From the NCBI GenBank assembly GCA_963806855.1, contig CAWDYW010000001.1, positions 64,001-128,000 on the forward strand: DNA of 64,000 bases. The letters run 5' to 3'. This document shows, one piece after another, positions 39,370 through 49,814 of the stretch. The notes under the pieces were generated by a model. The model was not told where the DNA came from. It saw only the letters and a program-made list of their open reading frames with translations, and made no database searches. Source of the stretch: an uncultured Verrucomicrobiae bacterium (GTDB taxonomy: Bacteria; Chlamydiota; Chlamydiia; Chlamydiales; Rhabdochlamydiaceae). Each line of letters opens with the position of its first letter. Within the stretch, counting starts at the first letter, position 1. A program made the translations under genes and the position numbers.

Positions 39370-40755
39370 ATGGTGAAAAAATACTTGCCGCTCGCCGCCT
39401 TGACAGTGCTCGGATTAACAAGTGTTGCAAGTGCAGCGCGCAATACTAACGCATCAGGAAAGCCAGTCAGTGGCGATGTATGCGCCCCATCGCAGCCTGC
39501 AGTTTGCTACCCAGACGACTGCCCACCTTGCCAAAGATGCTTGGGCCCAGAAAACTTTGCCGGCAACCCGCCTGTATGCCCCAAAGGCTGCAATGGCGAT
39601 TTTGATATCACTGTTGCCGCTTTCTATTGGAGCACACACCAAGATGGGATGGAGTATGCCGTTCTAAACCAAGTGCAAAACCCCCTTGCGCCCGGTGCTA
39701 CAGCTACAAATACACAGCTCAATCAGTTAGCTGAAGCTGAATATAAGCATCCAAGCTCTAAATGGGATTGGGGCTTTAAAGTTGGTTTAGGCTACTGCTC
39801 ACCATGCGATGGCTGGGATGTCCAACTTCTTTGGACATGGTTCCATGGAAGAAATCATAGCGATATCGATGCTGATGACACATCCAACAGCGTCATCCTC
39901 CCTCTCTGGTCAGATTTTGTTACCCAATATGCAAATGCGAATCCAAGCGGAACGAATGTACCGAACTTTACAGCAACAACAGGCGGTGTTCTGTTTGCAA
40001 CGGATGCAGAAGCTAGCTGGAAACTCAAATTAAATTTGGTTGATCTTGAACTCGGTCGCGATTACTGGGTAAGCAGATACCTTGCCATTAGACCTTTTGT
40101 CGGGCTCCGTTATGCTTCTATAAGACAGCATACAGAGATCGATTACAATGGCGGTAGTTGGCAAGCAGCGGTTTTTACATTTACAACTCCAGGTCTAATT
40201 TTTTCACAACCCGCATTCAATGATAGTGTTGATCTACAGAACAATTATAGAGGTGCAGGTCTGCGCGCTGGTCTAGATTCTGAGTGGAATTTTGGCTGCG
40301 GCTGGGCTCTATGGGGCGACTTAGCTGCTTCGATCATTTATGGAAAGTTTTCTATCGACCATGATGAATACATTCGCCTTGCTCAAAATCCCCACAGCAT
40401 CACCAATATTCTCGATACAGAGGAGTCCTTTAGAGCTTCTCGTTCGATTTTGGACTTAGAGCTTGGTGTCAAGTGGTCGACAATGTTCTGCAGCTGCAAA
40501 TATGGCTTCACAGCGATGCTCAGTTGGGAATCACATATGTTCTTCGACCAAAACCAAATGTGGAGAGTCTCCAGAGTCGGCGCGGCAGCTGAGGCCAACG
40601 GCCCTCCTCCTGTAGACCCTAATACTGTCGTCGTTTCTCCTGGACTTAATGCTAACCCACCTCAGCTCAACCTCACTGGCGATAACGTGATCCAACAACG
40701 TCGTGGATCACTCGATGCTCAAGGTTGGACACTGACACTCAAGTTAGACTACTAA
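39370..40755 (+). CDS. Cys-rich MOMP-like porin, copy 6 (longest loops)
   Basis: Same scaffold; start placed at MVKK after GGAG by homology. Confidence 0.9.
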   Translation: MVKKYLPLAALTVLGLTSVASAARNTNASGKPVSGDVCAPSQPAVCYPDDCPPCQRCLGPENFAGNPPVCPKGCNGDFDITVAAFYWSTHQDGMEYAVLNQVQNPLAPGATATNTQLNQLAEAEYKHPSSKWDWGFKVGLGYCSPCDGWDVQLLWTWFHGRNHSDIDADDTSNSVILPLWSDFVTQYANANPSGTNVPNFTATTGGVLFATDAEASWKLKLNLVDLELGRDYWVSRYLAIRPFVGLRYASIRQHTEIDYNGGSWQAAVFTFTTPGLIFSQPAFNDSVDLQNNYRGAGLRAGLDSEWNFGCGWALWGDLAASIIYGKFSIDHDEYIRLAQNPHSITNILDTEESFRASRSILDLELGVKWSTMFCSCKYGFTAMLSWESHMFFDQNQMWRVSRVGAAAEANGPPPVDPNTVVVSPGLNANPPQLNLTGDNVIQQRRGSLDAQGWTLTLKLDY

Positions 40756-40783
40756 GAGTTTTGTCAAAATGGAGAAATCAAAC

Positions 40784-42103
40784 ATGATGAAAAAAACCCT
40801 ACCGCTCGCTGCTTTGACAGTGCTCGGATTAACAAGTGTTGCAAGTGCAGCGCGCAATACTAACGCATCAGGAAAGCCAGTCAGTGGCGATGTATGCGCC
40901 CCATCGCAGCCTGCAGTTTGCTACCCAGACGACTGCCCTCCTTGCCAAAGATGCTTGGGCCCTGAAAACTTTGCTGGTAACCCACCAGTATGCCCCAAAG
41001 GCTGCAACGGCGATTTCGATATCATAGTTGCCGCTTTCTATTGGAGCGCACACCAAGATGGGATGGAGTATGCGATTGACACTGAAGTGACACAGCCTAC
41101 TGTTTTAAACATTGAAAACAATCGAGTCTTCAACCAATTAGCCGGCGCTGAATATAAGCATCCAAGTTCTAAATGGGATTGGGGCTTTAAAGTCGGGCTC
41201 GGCTACTGCTCACCTTGTGACGGTTGGGATGTACAACTTCTCTGGACATGGTTCCATGGAAGAAATCACAATGAAGTTGATGCGGATACTACCGACAACC
41301 ACGCTGTTCTGCCTCTTTGGACTAATTTTGCCAATGCTCGAGGAGGAGTCCTCTTTGCAACAGACGCAGAAATTCATTGGAAATTGAAATTGAATTTAAT
41401 TGACCTTGAACTTGGTCGCGATTATTGGGTAAGTAGATACCTTTCTATTAGACCGTTTGTCGGACTCCGATATGCCTCTATCAGACAGCATACATCAATC
41501 GAATATAACGGTGGAAGCTTCGCAGGTCCAATTGGCACAACGCCTGGAACACAAAATGCTTTCAACGACTTTGTTGACCTTCAAAATAACTACAGAGGTG
41601 CTGGTCTGAGAGCAGGTCTAGATTCTGAGTGGAATTTTGGATGTGGCTGGGCTCTTTGGGGTAATTTAGCAGCTTCGATCATCTATGGAAGATTTTCTGT
41701 TGACCATGATGAAATTATTCGCATTGCAAACTTGAGTCCTCACTCTATAGCTAGCGTAGTGGACGCAAACGAGTCTTTCCGTGCTTCTCGAGCTATCCTT
41801 GATATGGGATTGGGAGTTCAGTGGTCAACAATGTTCTGCAGCTGCAAGTATGGATTCACAGCTATGCTCGGTTGGGAATCACACATGTTCTTTGATCAAA
41901 ACCAAATGTGGAGAGTTACTAGAGTTGATTCTATAGCACAAGGAGGTGGTCCAGCAGTTGTTCCAACAGTTGGTCCAACAGATGACCTAAACCTTTCTAG
42001 CAACCCACCTGTGCTTAACCTCACAGGCGACAATGTCCTTCAACAGAATCGTGGTTCACTCGATGCTCAAGGTTGGACACTGACATTAAGATTAGAGTAC
42101 TAA
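40784..42103 (+). CDS. Cys-rich MOMP-like porin, copy 7
   Basis: Same scaffold; only 28 bp after copy 6. Confidence 0.9.
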   Translation: MMKKTLPLAALTVLGLTSVASAARNTNASGKPVSGDVCAPSQPAVCYPDDCPPCQRCLGPENFAGNPPVCPKGCNGDFDIIVAAFYWSAHQDGMEYAIDTEVTQPTVLNIENNRVFNQLAGAEYKHPSSKWDWGFKVGLGYCSPCDGWDVQLLWTWFHGRNHNEVDADTTDNHAVLPLWTNFANARGGVLFATDAEIHWKLKLNLIDLELGRDYWVSRYLSIRPFVGLRYASIRQHTSIEYNGGSFAGPIGTTPGTQNAFNDFVDLQNNYRGAGLRAGLDSEWNFGCGWALWGNLAASIIYGRFSVDHDEIIRIANLSPHSIASVVDANESFRASRAILDMGLGVQWSTMFCSCKYGFTAMLGWESHMFFDQNQMWRVTRVDSIAQGGGPAVVPTVGPTDDLNLSSNPPVLNLTGDNVLQQNRGSLDAQGWTLTLRLEY

Positions 42104-42244
42104 AAGTTCTCTCTTAGCAATTTTTGACGGCGCGGGGTATAGGTCCTTATTTTTTTCTTGAATAAAAAATTTGGTTTGCTTTACACCTAAGTCAAGAAAA
42201 CAAAAAAAGCTCTGTAGAGTTTTTTCAAAATGGAGATATCAACC

Positions 42245-43531
42245 ATGGTAAAAAAATACCTACCGCTTGCTGCTTTGACAGTGCTCGGATTAACTAGTGT
42301 TGCAAGTGCAGCACGCAATACTAACGCATCAGGAAAGCCAGTTAGAGGCGATGTATGCGCCCCTTCACAACCTGCAGTATGCTACCCAGATGACTGCCCA
42401 CCTTGCCAAAGATGCTTGGGCCCAGAGAACTTTGCCGGCAATCCTCCTGTATGCCCCAAAGGATGCAACGGCGATGTCTTTTTCACTGTTGCAGGCTTAT
42501 ACTGGAGCGCACACCAAGATGGGATGGAGTATGCTATCGATAATGACACAACACAGCCTACAACTATAAATGTCACAAACAATGAAGTCTTCAATCAGCT
42601 AGCTGGAGCAGAATACAAACATCCTGGTTCTCACTGGGATTGGGGTTTTAAACTCGGTCTGGGATATTGCTCACCTTGCGATGGTTGGGATGTAAATCTT
42701 CTCTGGACATGGTACCGGGGGAGAAATCACAACGAGATTGATGCAGATCCTACTGACAACTCCGCGGTTCTTCCTCTCTGGACTGACTTTGCAAGCGCAG
42801 TCGGTGGAGTCCTTTTTGCCACAGATTCCGATATGAAGTGGAAACTCAAATTGAATTTGATCGATCTTGAGCTCGGACGGGATTACTGGGTCAGCAGATA
42901 CCTCTCGATCAGACCTTTCGTAGGTTTGCGCTATGCCTCAATTCGACAACACACGCAAATCTCATACAACGGAGGGAGCTTTGGAGTGATTCCTAACACT
43001 ACATTACCACCACCTATCGACTTACAACTCGCTTTCAATGATCTAGTCGATATGAAAAATAACTATCGTGGTGCAGGTCTTCGTGCAGGTCTAGATTCTG
43101 AATGGAATTTCGGATGCGGATGGGCTCTTTATGGCAATCTAGCGGCTTCTATCATCTACGGAAAATTTACCGTTGATCATGATGAAATCATTAGTCTTGC
43201 AAGCCAATCTCCTCATAGCGAATTCTCCGTTGTCGATGCAGATGAGTCTTTCCGTGCTTCCCGAGCAATCCTCGACATGGCACTCGGAGTTCAGTGGTCA
43301 ACTATGTTCTGCAGCTGCAAATATGGCCTCACAGCTATGCTTGGATGGGAACAACACCTATTCTTCGACCAAAACCAACTCTGGAGAGTTTCAAGAGTTG
43401 GCGCTACACCTAGTGGAAGCCTGTTCTCAGATCTCGTTCAGCTCAACCTCACTGGCGACAATGTGATCCAGCAACGACGTGGATCACTCGACACATCAGG
43501 TTGGACACTTGCTTTCAAATTTGATTTCTAG
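42245..43531 (+). CDS. Cys-rich MOMP-like porin, copy 8
   Basis: Same scaffold, ends FKFDF. Confidence 0.9.
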   Translation: MVKKYLPLAALTVLGLTSVASAARNTNASGKPVRGDVCAPSQPAVCYPDDCPPCQRCLGPENFAGNPPVCPKGCNGDVFFTVAGLYWSAHQDGMEYAIDNDTTQPTTINVTNNEVFNQLAGAEYKHPGSHWDWGFKLGLGYCSPCDGWDVNLLWTWYRGRNHNEIDADPTDNSAVLPLWTDFASAVGGVLFATDSDMKWKLKLNLIDLELGRDYWVSRYLSIRPFVGLRYASIRQHTQISYNGGSFGVIPNTTLPPPIDLQLAFNDLVDMKNNYRGAGLRAGLDSEWNFGCGWALYGNLAASIIYGKFTVDHDEIISLASQSPHSEFSVVDADESFRASRAILDMALGVQWSTMFCSCKYGLTAMLGWEQHLFFDQNQLWRVSRVGATPSGSLFSDLVQLNLTGDNVIQQRRGSLDTSGWTLAFKFDF

Positions 43532-43562
43532 CACCCTGCAGAGGGCTATTTTTTAACCAGGG

Positions 43563-43588
43563 AGGCCTAGCATATGCTAGGCCTTTTT
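43563..43588 (+). terminator. Intrinsic terminator after copy 8
   Basis: AGGCCTAGCATATGCTAGGCCT followed by T4. Confidence 0.8.
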
Positions 43589-43614
43589 GCTTGATAAAAA
43601 TCTGGACCTTGCTT

Positions 43615-43779
43615 TATACCGAAACAACTTGAAGAATCGGGAATTCGACAAGGAGGCGGCACAAATTTTGGAGTCTGGAACGAGCGACATTGTTCGAGAA
43701 CAAGGCGCGAGTGAAGACCAAAAATTTGTTGCCAAGCCGACGCCGTCGACAACCGATTCTTCAAGTTGTTTTCGGTATA
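43615..43779. mobile_element. Palindromic MITE-like element C (including TA flanks)
   Basis: TATACCGAAACAACTTGAAGAATCGG ... CCGATTCTTCAAGTTGTTTTCGGTATA; inner arms TCGAC/GTCGA and ACAAATTTT/AAAATTTGT. Confidence 0.88.
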
Positions 43780-43808
43780 AAACCATTAAAAAAAAGGAGA
43801 ATTTTAAA

Positions 43809-45056
43809 ATGGTTAAGAAATGGGCCGCATATGGTGCAATGAGTTTAACAAGCGTCGCTAGTGCGGCACAAAATCCTTGCGCTCCTCAACCTCCAGCGAT
43901 CTGTTATCCGGATACATGCCCCCCTTGCCAGCGATGTCTGGGACCAGAAACTTTTGCTGGCAATCCCCCCGTCTGCCCCAGAACATGCAACGGCGATGTA
44001 GATCTAACAATTGCTGTTTTCTGCTGGGATATGTACCAAGATGGCATGGAATTTGCGATTAATGATGATGTGACCAACCCTTCCGTTCCAGCTACTACTC
44101 CAGAGACAATACAACAGCTCAATCAATTAGCTGGTGCGCGCTATAAAAAGGCATTTCCAAAATGGGAGTGCGGTTTTAAGCTTGGTCTCGGCTACTGCTC
44201 CCCCTGCGACGGATGGGATGTCGGTCTCGAGTGGACTTATTTCCACGGCAAAGCGTTTAATCACATCATCGCCGATCCCGACAGCAATCACACCTTAATC
44301 GCTCTTTGGTCCCAATTTGCCCCCGCGCAAGCCGGGGTTGTCTACGCGACAACCGTTGCAAATGATTGGAAGGTCAAATTGAATTTGATCGATCTCGAGA
44401 TCGGACGCCATTTCTGGGTCAGCAGATATCTTTCTATCCGCCCCTTTATCGGACTGCGTTACGCGTCGATTCACCAACACAATCAAATCTATTACGATGG
44501 GGGAAGTTGGAGTGCTAATTCTATCGTCACTCCGATTCAGCCCGCTTTTAATGGGATCGTCGACATCCACAATAACTACAACGGTGCAGGACTACTGGCA
44601 GGCCTCGATTCAGAATGGAATTTTGGTTGTGGCTGGTCGCTCTATGGCAATGTCGCTGCTTCGATCATTTATGGAAGGTTTTCTAACGACCACGATGAAT
44701 ACATTCGCCTCGCTCGAACTCCGCATAGCATCACCAATATTCTTGATACAAGGGAGTCCTTTAGAGCTTCTCGTCCGATTTTGGACTTAGGGCTTGGTGT
44801 CAAGTGGTCGACAATGTTCTGCAGCTGCAAATATGGTTTTAGCGCCATGCTCGGCTGGGAGCAGCATATGTTCTTCGACCAAAATCAGATGTGGCGCGTC
44901 AACAGAGTGGGGACGACAGAACCTGGACCTGATAATCCAACCGATTATACCGCCAATCCTCCTGTCTTAAATCTCTCTGGGGATAATATCCTCCAGCAGC
45001 GACGAGGAACTCTTGAAACACAAGGCTGGACTCTGACATTTAAATTTGAGTATTGA
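43809..45056 (+). CDS. Cys-rich MOMP-like porin, copy 9 (most divergent)
   Basis: AGGAG RBS and MVKKW start; same Cys motifs and beta-signal FKFEY. Confidence 0.9.
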   Translation: MVKKWAAYGAMSLTSVASAAQNPCAPQPPAICYPDTCPPCQRCLGPETFAGNPPVCPRTCNGDVDLTIAVFCWDMYQDGMEFAINDDVTNPSVPATTPETIQQLNQLAGARYKKAFPKWECGFKLGLGYCSPCDGWDVGLEWTYFHGKAFNHIIADPDSNHTLIALWSQFAPAQAGVVYATTVANDWKVKLNLIDLEIGRHFWVSRYLSIRPFIGLRYASIHQHNQIYYDGGSWSANSIVTPIQPAFNGIVDIHNNYNGAGLLAGLDSEWNFGCGWSLYGNVAASIIYGRFSNDHDEYIRLARTPHSITNILDTRESFRASRPILDLGLGVKWSTMFCSCKYGFSAMLGWEQHMFFDQNQMWRVNRVGTTEPGPDNPTDYTANPPVLNLSGDNILQQRRGTLETQGWTLTFKFEY

Positions 45057-45062
45057 AAAATC

Positions 45063-47703
45063 TTAATGACGAAACTCGGCGATGAAGTTGGCAACGAGTG
45101 CGCTCCATCCGGTTTGGTGCGAGGCGCCGAGGCCCTTGCCAGTCTCTGGATTGTAATACTCGTTAAAGGGGATCAGATCTTTCCAGTAGGGATCCTTGCT
45201 GAATGGGAACTCCGGACCGAAAATGGGCCGCCTTCCCTCTGGATTTGTCGAAAAGATGTTGATCACCCGGTCGGCAAAGGATTGCGCCATATTGGCCATT
45301 GTGACGGGCGTTTCATTGGCCACCTGTATTTTGATATCATCGCCAAACGCCTCGGATAATTTGCGCAAAGATTCAACGAGGAGAAAAGTGGTCGGCATCC
45401 AAATCGGCCCTCGCCAATTGGAGTTACCCCCTTTGACGCTATGTAGGGATTCTGCTGGTTCATATCCAACTTGCTTATCCTGAAATACCACTGGATGTTG
45501 TTCGTGAACACGGGACATGCTGCGCAGTCCGTAGGTTGCCCGAAATTCATTTGGATCCCAGACATACTGCAGCACCCTTCCGAGTTGTGTCGCATTCATC
45601 AGGGCGCAAATGTAGTGTTTCTTTCCATCTTTGTATGTTGGAATGATGCACCGCTCAACAAGATCTTTCCGATTGTTCATGAACCATTGAAAATTCGTGT
45701 AAAACTCGGTGAAATGCTTGATCGAGTCCTCGTGGAGAATTTCAATTGCATAGAGTGGGATGATCCCGACAAGCGAACGGACGCGGAATTTGTTGAATGT
45801 CCCGTTGGGGTAGGTGAGCACATCATAGAAAAAGCCATCCCTCTCGCTCCACATTTCATAATCTCGATTTCCCCGTTTTTTCATTGCATGGGCGATGTAG
45901 ACATAATGCTGGAAAAATTTGGTCGCTAGCCCTTCATATGATTTTATTTTCGCAACTTAGCTCTAGCGCTATTCTCATCAAATTGAGACAGAACATCGCC
46001 ATCCAGCCAGTTCCATCCGATTGCTGGAGGACGGCGCCGCCAGGCAGCTTCTCTGAACGATCAAACATTGTGATGTTATCGAGCCCCAAAAATCCACCTT
46101 CAAAGACGTTGTTGCCCGAATTATCGACTTTATTGACCCACCAGGTGAAGTTGAGAATCAATTTGTGAAAACATTTTTCTAGAAAATCCCGATCTCCTTT
46201 GCCCTTGAGTTTTTCCTCTGCCTGGTAAATGCGCCAAATCGCCCAGGCATGTACAGGCGGGTTGAGGTCAGAAAAATCCCACTCATAGGCTGGGATCTGC
46301 CCATTTGGATGTTGGAACTGATCGAAGAGGAAAATCCAGATCTGCTCTTTGGCAAAATCTATATCAACAAGGCTATAGGTGAGGCAATGAAAGGCATGAT
46401 CCCAAGCGGCGAACCACGGATATTCCCATTTATCTGGCATGAGAAGAATCCGCATCGAATTGAGGTGCCGCCAGTGGATATTCCTCCCTTTTAGGCGCGA
46501 TTCTGGAGGGGGATAAGTATTATTATCTCCTTTCAGCCACTGATTCACATCCATCAGATAGATTTGTTTGGACCAAATCTGCCCAGCGATCGCTTGGCGT
46601 TGAATCTTCTTTTCATCTTCATTTAGATGGGGAGGATGAACCGAATTGAAAAATGCGTCTGCCTCTTTTTTTCTTAAATCGACGACTTCTTCTATGTTTT
46701 TGAGCGGATTTTTTGTTGGCCGGTCGGTGAAATAAAAGAGTGCTTTTGCAGACTTACCTGGTTCGATAGCATCGAAGGTATAATGTAAAGCGGCTTTACT
46801 TCCAAAATGGCGGGGATTGGTCGCACTCTCCCCATGAACAATTTTTCGGTGAAAAGCATCTTTGAATTGGCCAGGCTCATTGCCAAAATTGGTCTCGTTT
46901 TCGGTGAAGAGGAGCTCGGCCCCCTCTTGTCCGTAGAGATACCGTTTGCCCAGCCGGTAAACAGCAGACAGATTAGAGGGGGGAGGCATATCGGCCTCAT
47001 CTGCGATCAGCAAAACCCCTTCGCCTGGTGTGATGATTGGCTTAGGAACTTTGTTTTCCCACCAGGACCACTGATTGCGAAAAAGCATTTGCATGAGCAA
47101 ATGGAAGGGAGCTTTTTCTGGTCCGCGGTTGAACACTTCGACCCTGATGCAGAGAGTTTCTTCAGTTTCTTTGGCATATTCGATGGCAATATCAAAATAG
47201 CGATTCTCATCGAAAACTCCGGTATCGATCAGCTCATATTCCCCTTTATCTTTTCCCCGATTGCGGTTTTCATCTCTCAGCTTTTGGTATGGGTACTCTT
47301 TCTGAGGGTACTTATAAACATATTTCATATAGGAATGAGAGGGGACACCATCGAGATGGTAGTAGTATTCTTTGACATCCTCGCCATGATTCCCTTCATA
47401 GATCGTCAGTCCAAAGAGCCGCTCTTTTAGATGGGGATCTTTTGTATTCCAAAAGACAGGTGCTAAAACCAGAATTTGATATCGATCGCACCAGCCGGCG
47501 ATCGCATCCTCTCCCCAACGATAAGCCTTTTTAATCGCCAACTCATAGGGAAAATAATTCCAGGCATTGCCATCGAAGCTATAATCCTCGCGGACAGTAC
47601 CCCAACTGCGCTCCGAGACATAAGGCCCCCAGCGTAGCCAAGGGGGAACAACCTGATCTCTCCCCTGAGAAATCCGCTGCTGTTCAGCCGTGCTGTCTGG
47701 CAT
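45063..47703 (-). CDS. GH63 / MGH1-like glucosidase, one apparent frameshift near 45938
   Basis: [72 protein letters not shown]; the two ORFs join as [12 protein letters not shown] after removing one A. Confidence 0.9.
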
Positions 47704-48667
47704 AGTGTGCCGCTCCTAATAGTGCAGTATTTTCATTGAGGATCACCTTAACTGGGATCCCCAATAGAAGAGAAGTAAAGCGCCCCTTTTGAATAAAGCG
47801 CTTCATGAAGCTCCCTTCTTTCAGCTCATTCAAAATCTTCGGAGCAATGCCTCCCCCGATGTAAACCCCACCGACAGCGAGCATTTTCAAAGCCAGATTT
47901 GCCGCCTCCGATCCGTAGATGGAGGCAAACATATCCAGAGCCTTTTCACAGGCCGGACACGCACTTTTCATGCCCATCTCGGTGATCACTTTTGAAGGGT
48001 CGGCCGTCTCAAACGCCGCTTTGACACTCTCTTTTTCCCTCTCAATTCCCTCGTCGATCAGGAAACGGTAGACATTATAAACCCCAGGGCCAGATAAAAT
48101 CCGTTCGAAGGAGACATGATCATATTTCTTGTTCAAATAGCGGAGCAATTTGATTTCCAGTTCATTCTCTGGTGCAAAACTGCAATGCCCCCCTTCACAA
48201 GCAAAGGGAACATGTTTGCTCCCATCCCAAAATAATCCTGCCTCGCCGAGCCCTGTTCCGGCGGAGATCAACGCCCGGTTTCCCCGACTAGGTTTACCCT
48301 CATTCAATGTGAAAAGCTCATCGGCGCCAAGATTTCTTAGACCATATGCATTGGCTTCGAGGTCGTTGATCAAAGAAACCGTCGGAATCCCATCATCTTT
48401 CGCAATTTGCTGTGCATCGACCACCCAGGGCAAATTGGTCGCACGGCACTTCCCTTCTTGAATCGGCCCGGCGATCCCGAAGCAGGCCCGCTGGACTTGA
48501 TAACCTGGATAGGCTTCTAAAAATTCTTTAACGATATGGCTTAAATTCTCGTATTTTGAGCTTTTATACTTCGCATCTACAACCCATTTCTGTTCTTCAT
48601 TTTCTTTGAAAAATGCTAAATGGGTTTTTGTTCCGCCAATGTCACCGGCTAAAATCATTTTTTCCAT
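47684..48667 (-). CDS. glk: Glucokinase
   Basis: [39 protein letters not shown]. Confidence 0.95.
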   Translation of the reverse strand: MEKMILAGDIGGTKTHLAFFKENEEQKWVVDAKYKSSKYENLSHIVKEFLEAYPGYQVQRACFGIAGPIQEGKCRATNLPWVVDAQQIAKDDGIPTVSLINDLEANAYGLRNLGADELFTLNEGKPSRGNRALISAGTGLGEAGLFWDGSKHVPFACEGGHCSFAPENELEIKLLRYLNKKYDHVSFERILSGPGVYNVYRFLIDEGIEREKESVKAAFETADPSKVITEMGMKSACPACEKALDMFASIYGSEAANLALKMLAVGGVYIGGGIAPKILNELKEGSFMKRFIQKGRFTSLLLGIPVKVILNENTALLGAAHYARQHG

Positions 48668-48767
48668 ATATAATGCATAAAAGCAGATTCATCGATTCTA
48701 TACAAGAATCGCTTGACTAGAAGGAAAAGAGGAGCGATTCTGTAGGGACTTAACCAAGGAGTCCCCC

Positions 48768-49814
48768 ATGTCTGTTAACGACGGAAAGAAAAAAGCCCTC
48801 GAGCTTGCGCTCGCTCACATTGAAAAACAATTTGGCCAAGGGGCGATCATGACCCTCGGCAAACACCAAGCCTCGCACGAGGTCAGCGTCATTCCGACCG
48901 GCGCCCTCAATCTCGACATCGCCATCGGAATCGGCGGAGTGCCGCGCGGAAGAGTGACCGAAGTTTTTGGTCCCGAATCTTCCGGTAAATCCACTCTCGC
49001 CCTCCATATTGTTGCCAATGCCCAAAAGCAGGGGGGAATCGCTGCCTACATCGACGCCGAACATGCTCTTGATCCCACTTACGCCGCAAAAATCGGCGTC
49101 AACGTCGATGAATTGATGATCTCGCAACCCTCCTCTGGTGAAGAGGCGCTCAACATCGCCGAAATGCTCGCCCGCTCCAATGCTGTCGACGTGATCGTCA
49201 TCGACTCAGTGGCCGCCCTCGTTCCCAAAAACGAACTCGAAGGGGATATCGGCGACTCCTTCATGGGATTACAAGCGCGCATGATGTCACAGGCGCTGCG
49301 TAAACTCACCTCCACCCTTTCCAAAAGCAACACCGCGGCGATTTTCATCAACCAGATCCGAGAGAAAATCGGCGTGATGTTTGGCAACCCAGAGACCACT
49401 ACAGGGGGCCGTGCGCTGAAATTCTACTCTTCCATCCGTCTCGACATCCGTCGTATCGGCGGAATCAAAGGGGCAGACAATGCCGAAGTGGGTAACCGGG
49501 TCAAAGTTAAAGTCGTCAAAAATAAAATGGCGCCTCCGTTCAGATCGGCAGAGTTTGACATTCTCTTCAATGAGGGGATTTCTCGCTTTGGCACCATCCT
49601 CGATTTAGGAGTCGACCTCGGCATCGTCGACAAGAAGGGAACCTGGTTTAGCTATGGTTCTACAAGGCTCGCACAAGGGCGAGATGCTTCGCGTGAAGAA
49701 TTGAAAAATAAACCCGAGCTCGCCGCAGAAATCGAGAAAAAGATCCTCGAGAAATCAGGCGAAGTGGCCACCCGCCAAAAAGTCGTAGAAGAAGATTTAG
49801 CCACTGTAAGCTAA
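48768..49814 (+). CDS. recA: Recombinase A
   Basis: [53 protein letters not shown]. Confidence 0.99.
   Translation: MSVNDGKKKALELALAHIEKQFGQGAIMTLGKHQASHEVSVIPTGALNLDIAIGIGGVPRGRVTEVFGPESSGKSTLALHIVANAQKQGGIAAYIDAEHALDPTYAAKIGVNVDELMISQPSSGEEALNIAEMLARSNAVDVIVIDSVAALVPKNELEGDIGDSFMGLQARMMSQALRKLTSTLSKSNTAAIFINQIREKIGVMFGNPETTTGGRALKFYSSIRLDIRRIGGIKGADNAEVGNRVKVKVVKNKMAPPFRSAEFDILFNEGISRFGTILDLGVDLGIVDKKGTWFSYGSTRLAQGRDASREELKNKPELAAEIEKKILEKSGEVATRQKVVEEDLATVS

Noticed and set aside
32325..43466. Repeated alternative-frame ORFs within the porins (MAMYAPLHNQQ..., MLNINTQVRNG..., MEDLGLIMM...)
   Set aside because: They recur only because the host genes are near-identical; no RBS and variable stops
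43587..43808. 74-aa N-terminal extension of porin copy 9 in the ORF track
   Set aside because: It is mostly the translation of palindromic element C; the RBS and homologous MVKK start are at 43809
32225..45056. Diversity-generating retroelement or shufflon behind porin variation
   Set aside because: No reverse transcriptase or site-specific recombinase in the window; differences are indel-rich and not adenine-specific; all copies are full-length and co-oriented
48670..48767. SOS box upstream of recA or dinD
   Set aside because: No recognisable LexA-type dyad at recA, and the dinD palindrome has no counterpart there
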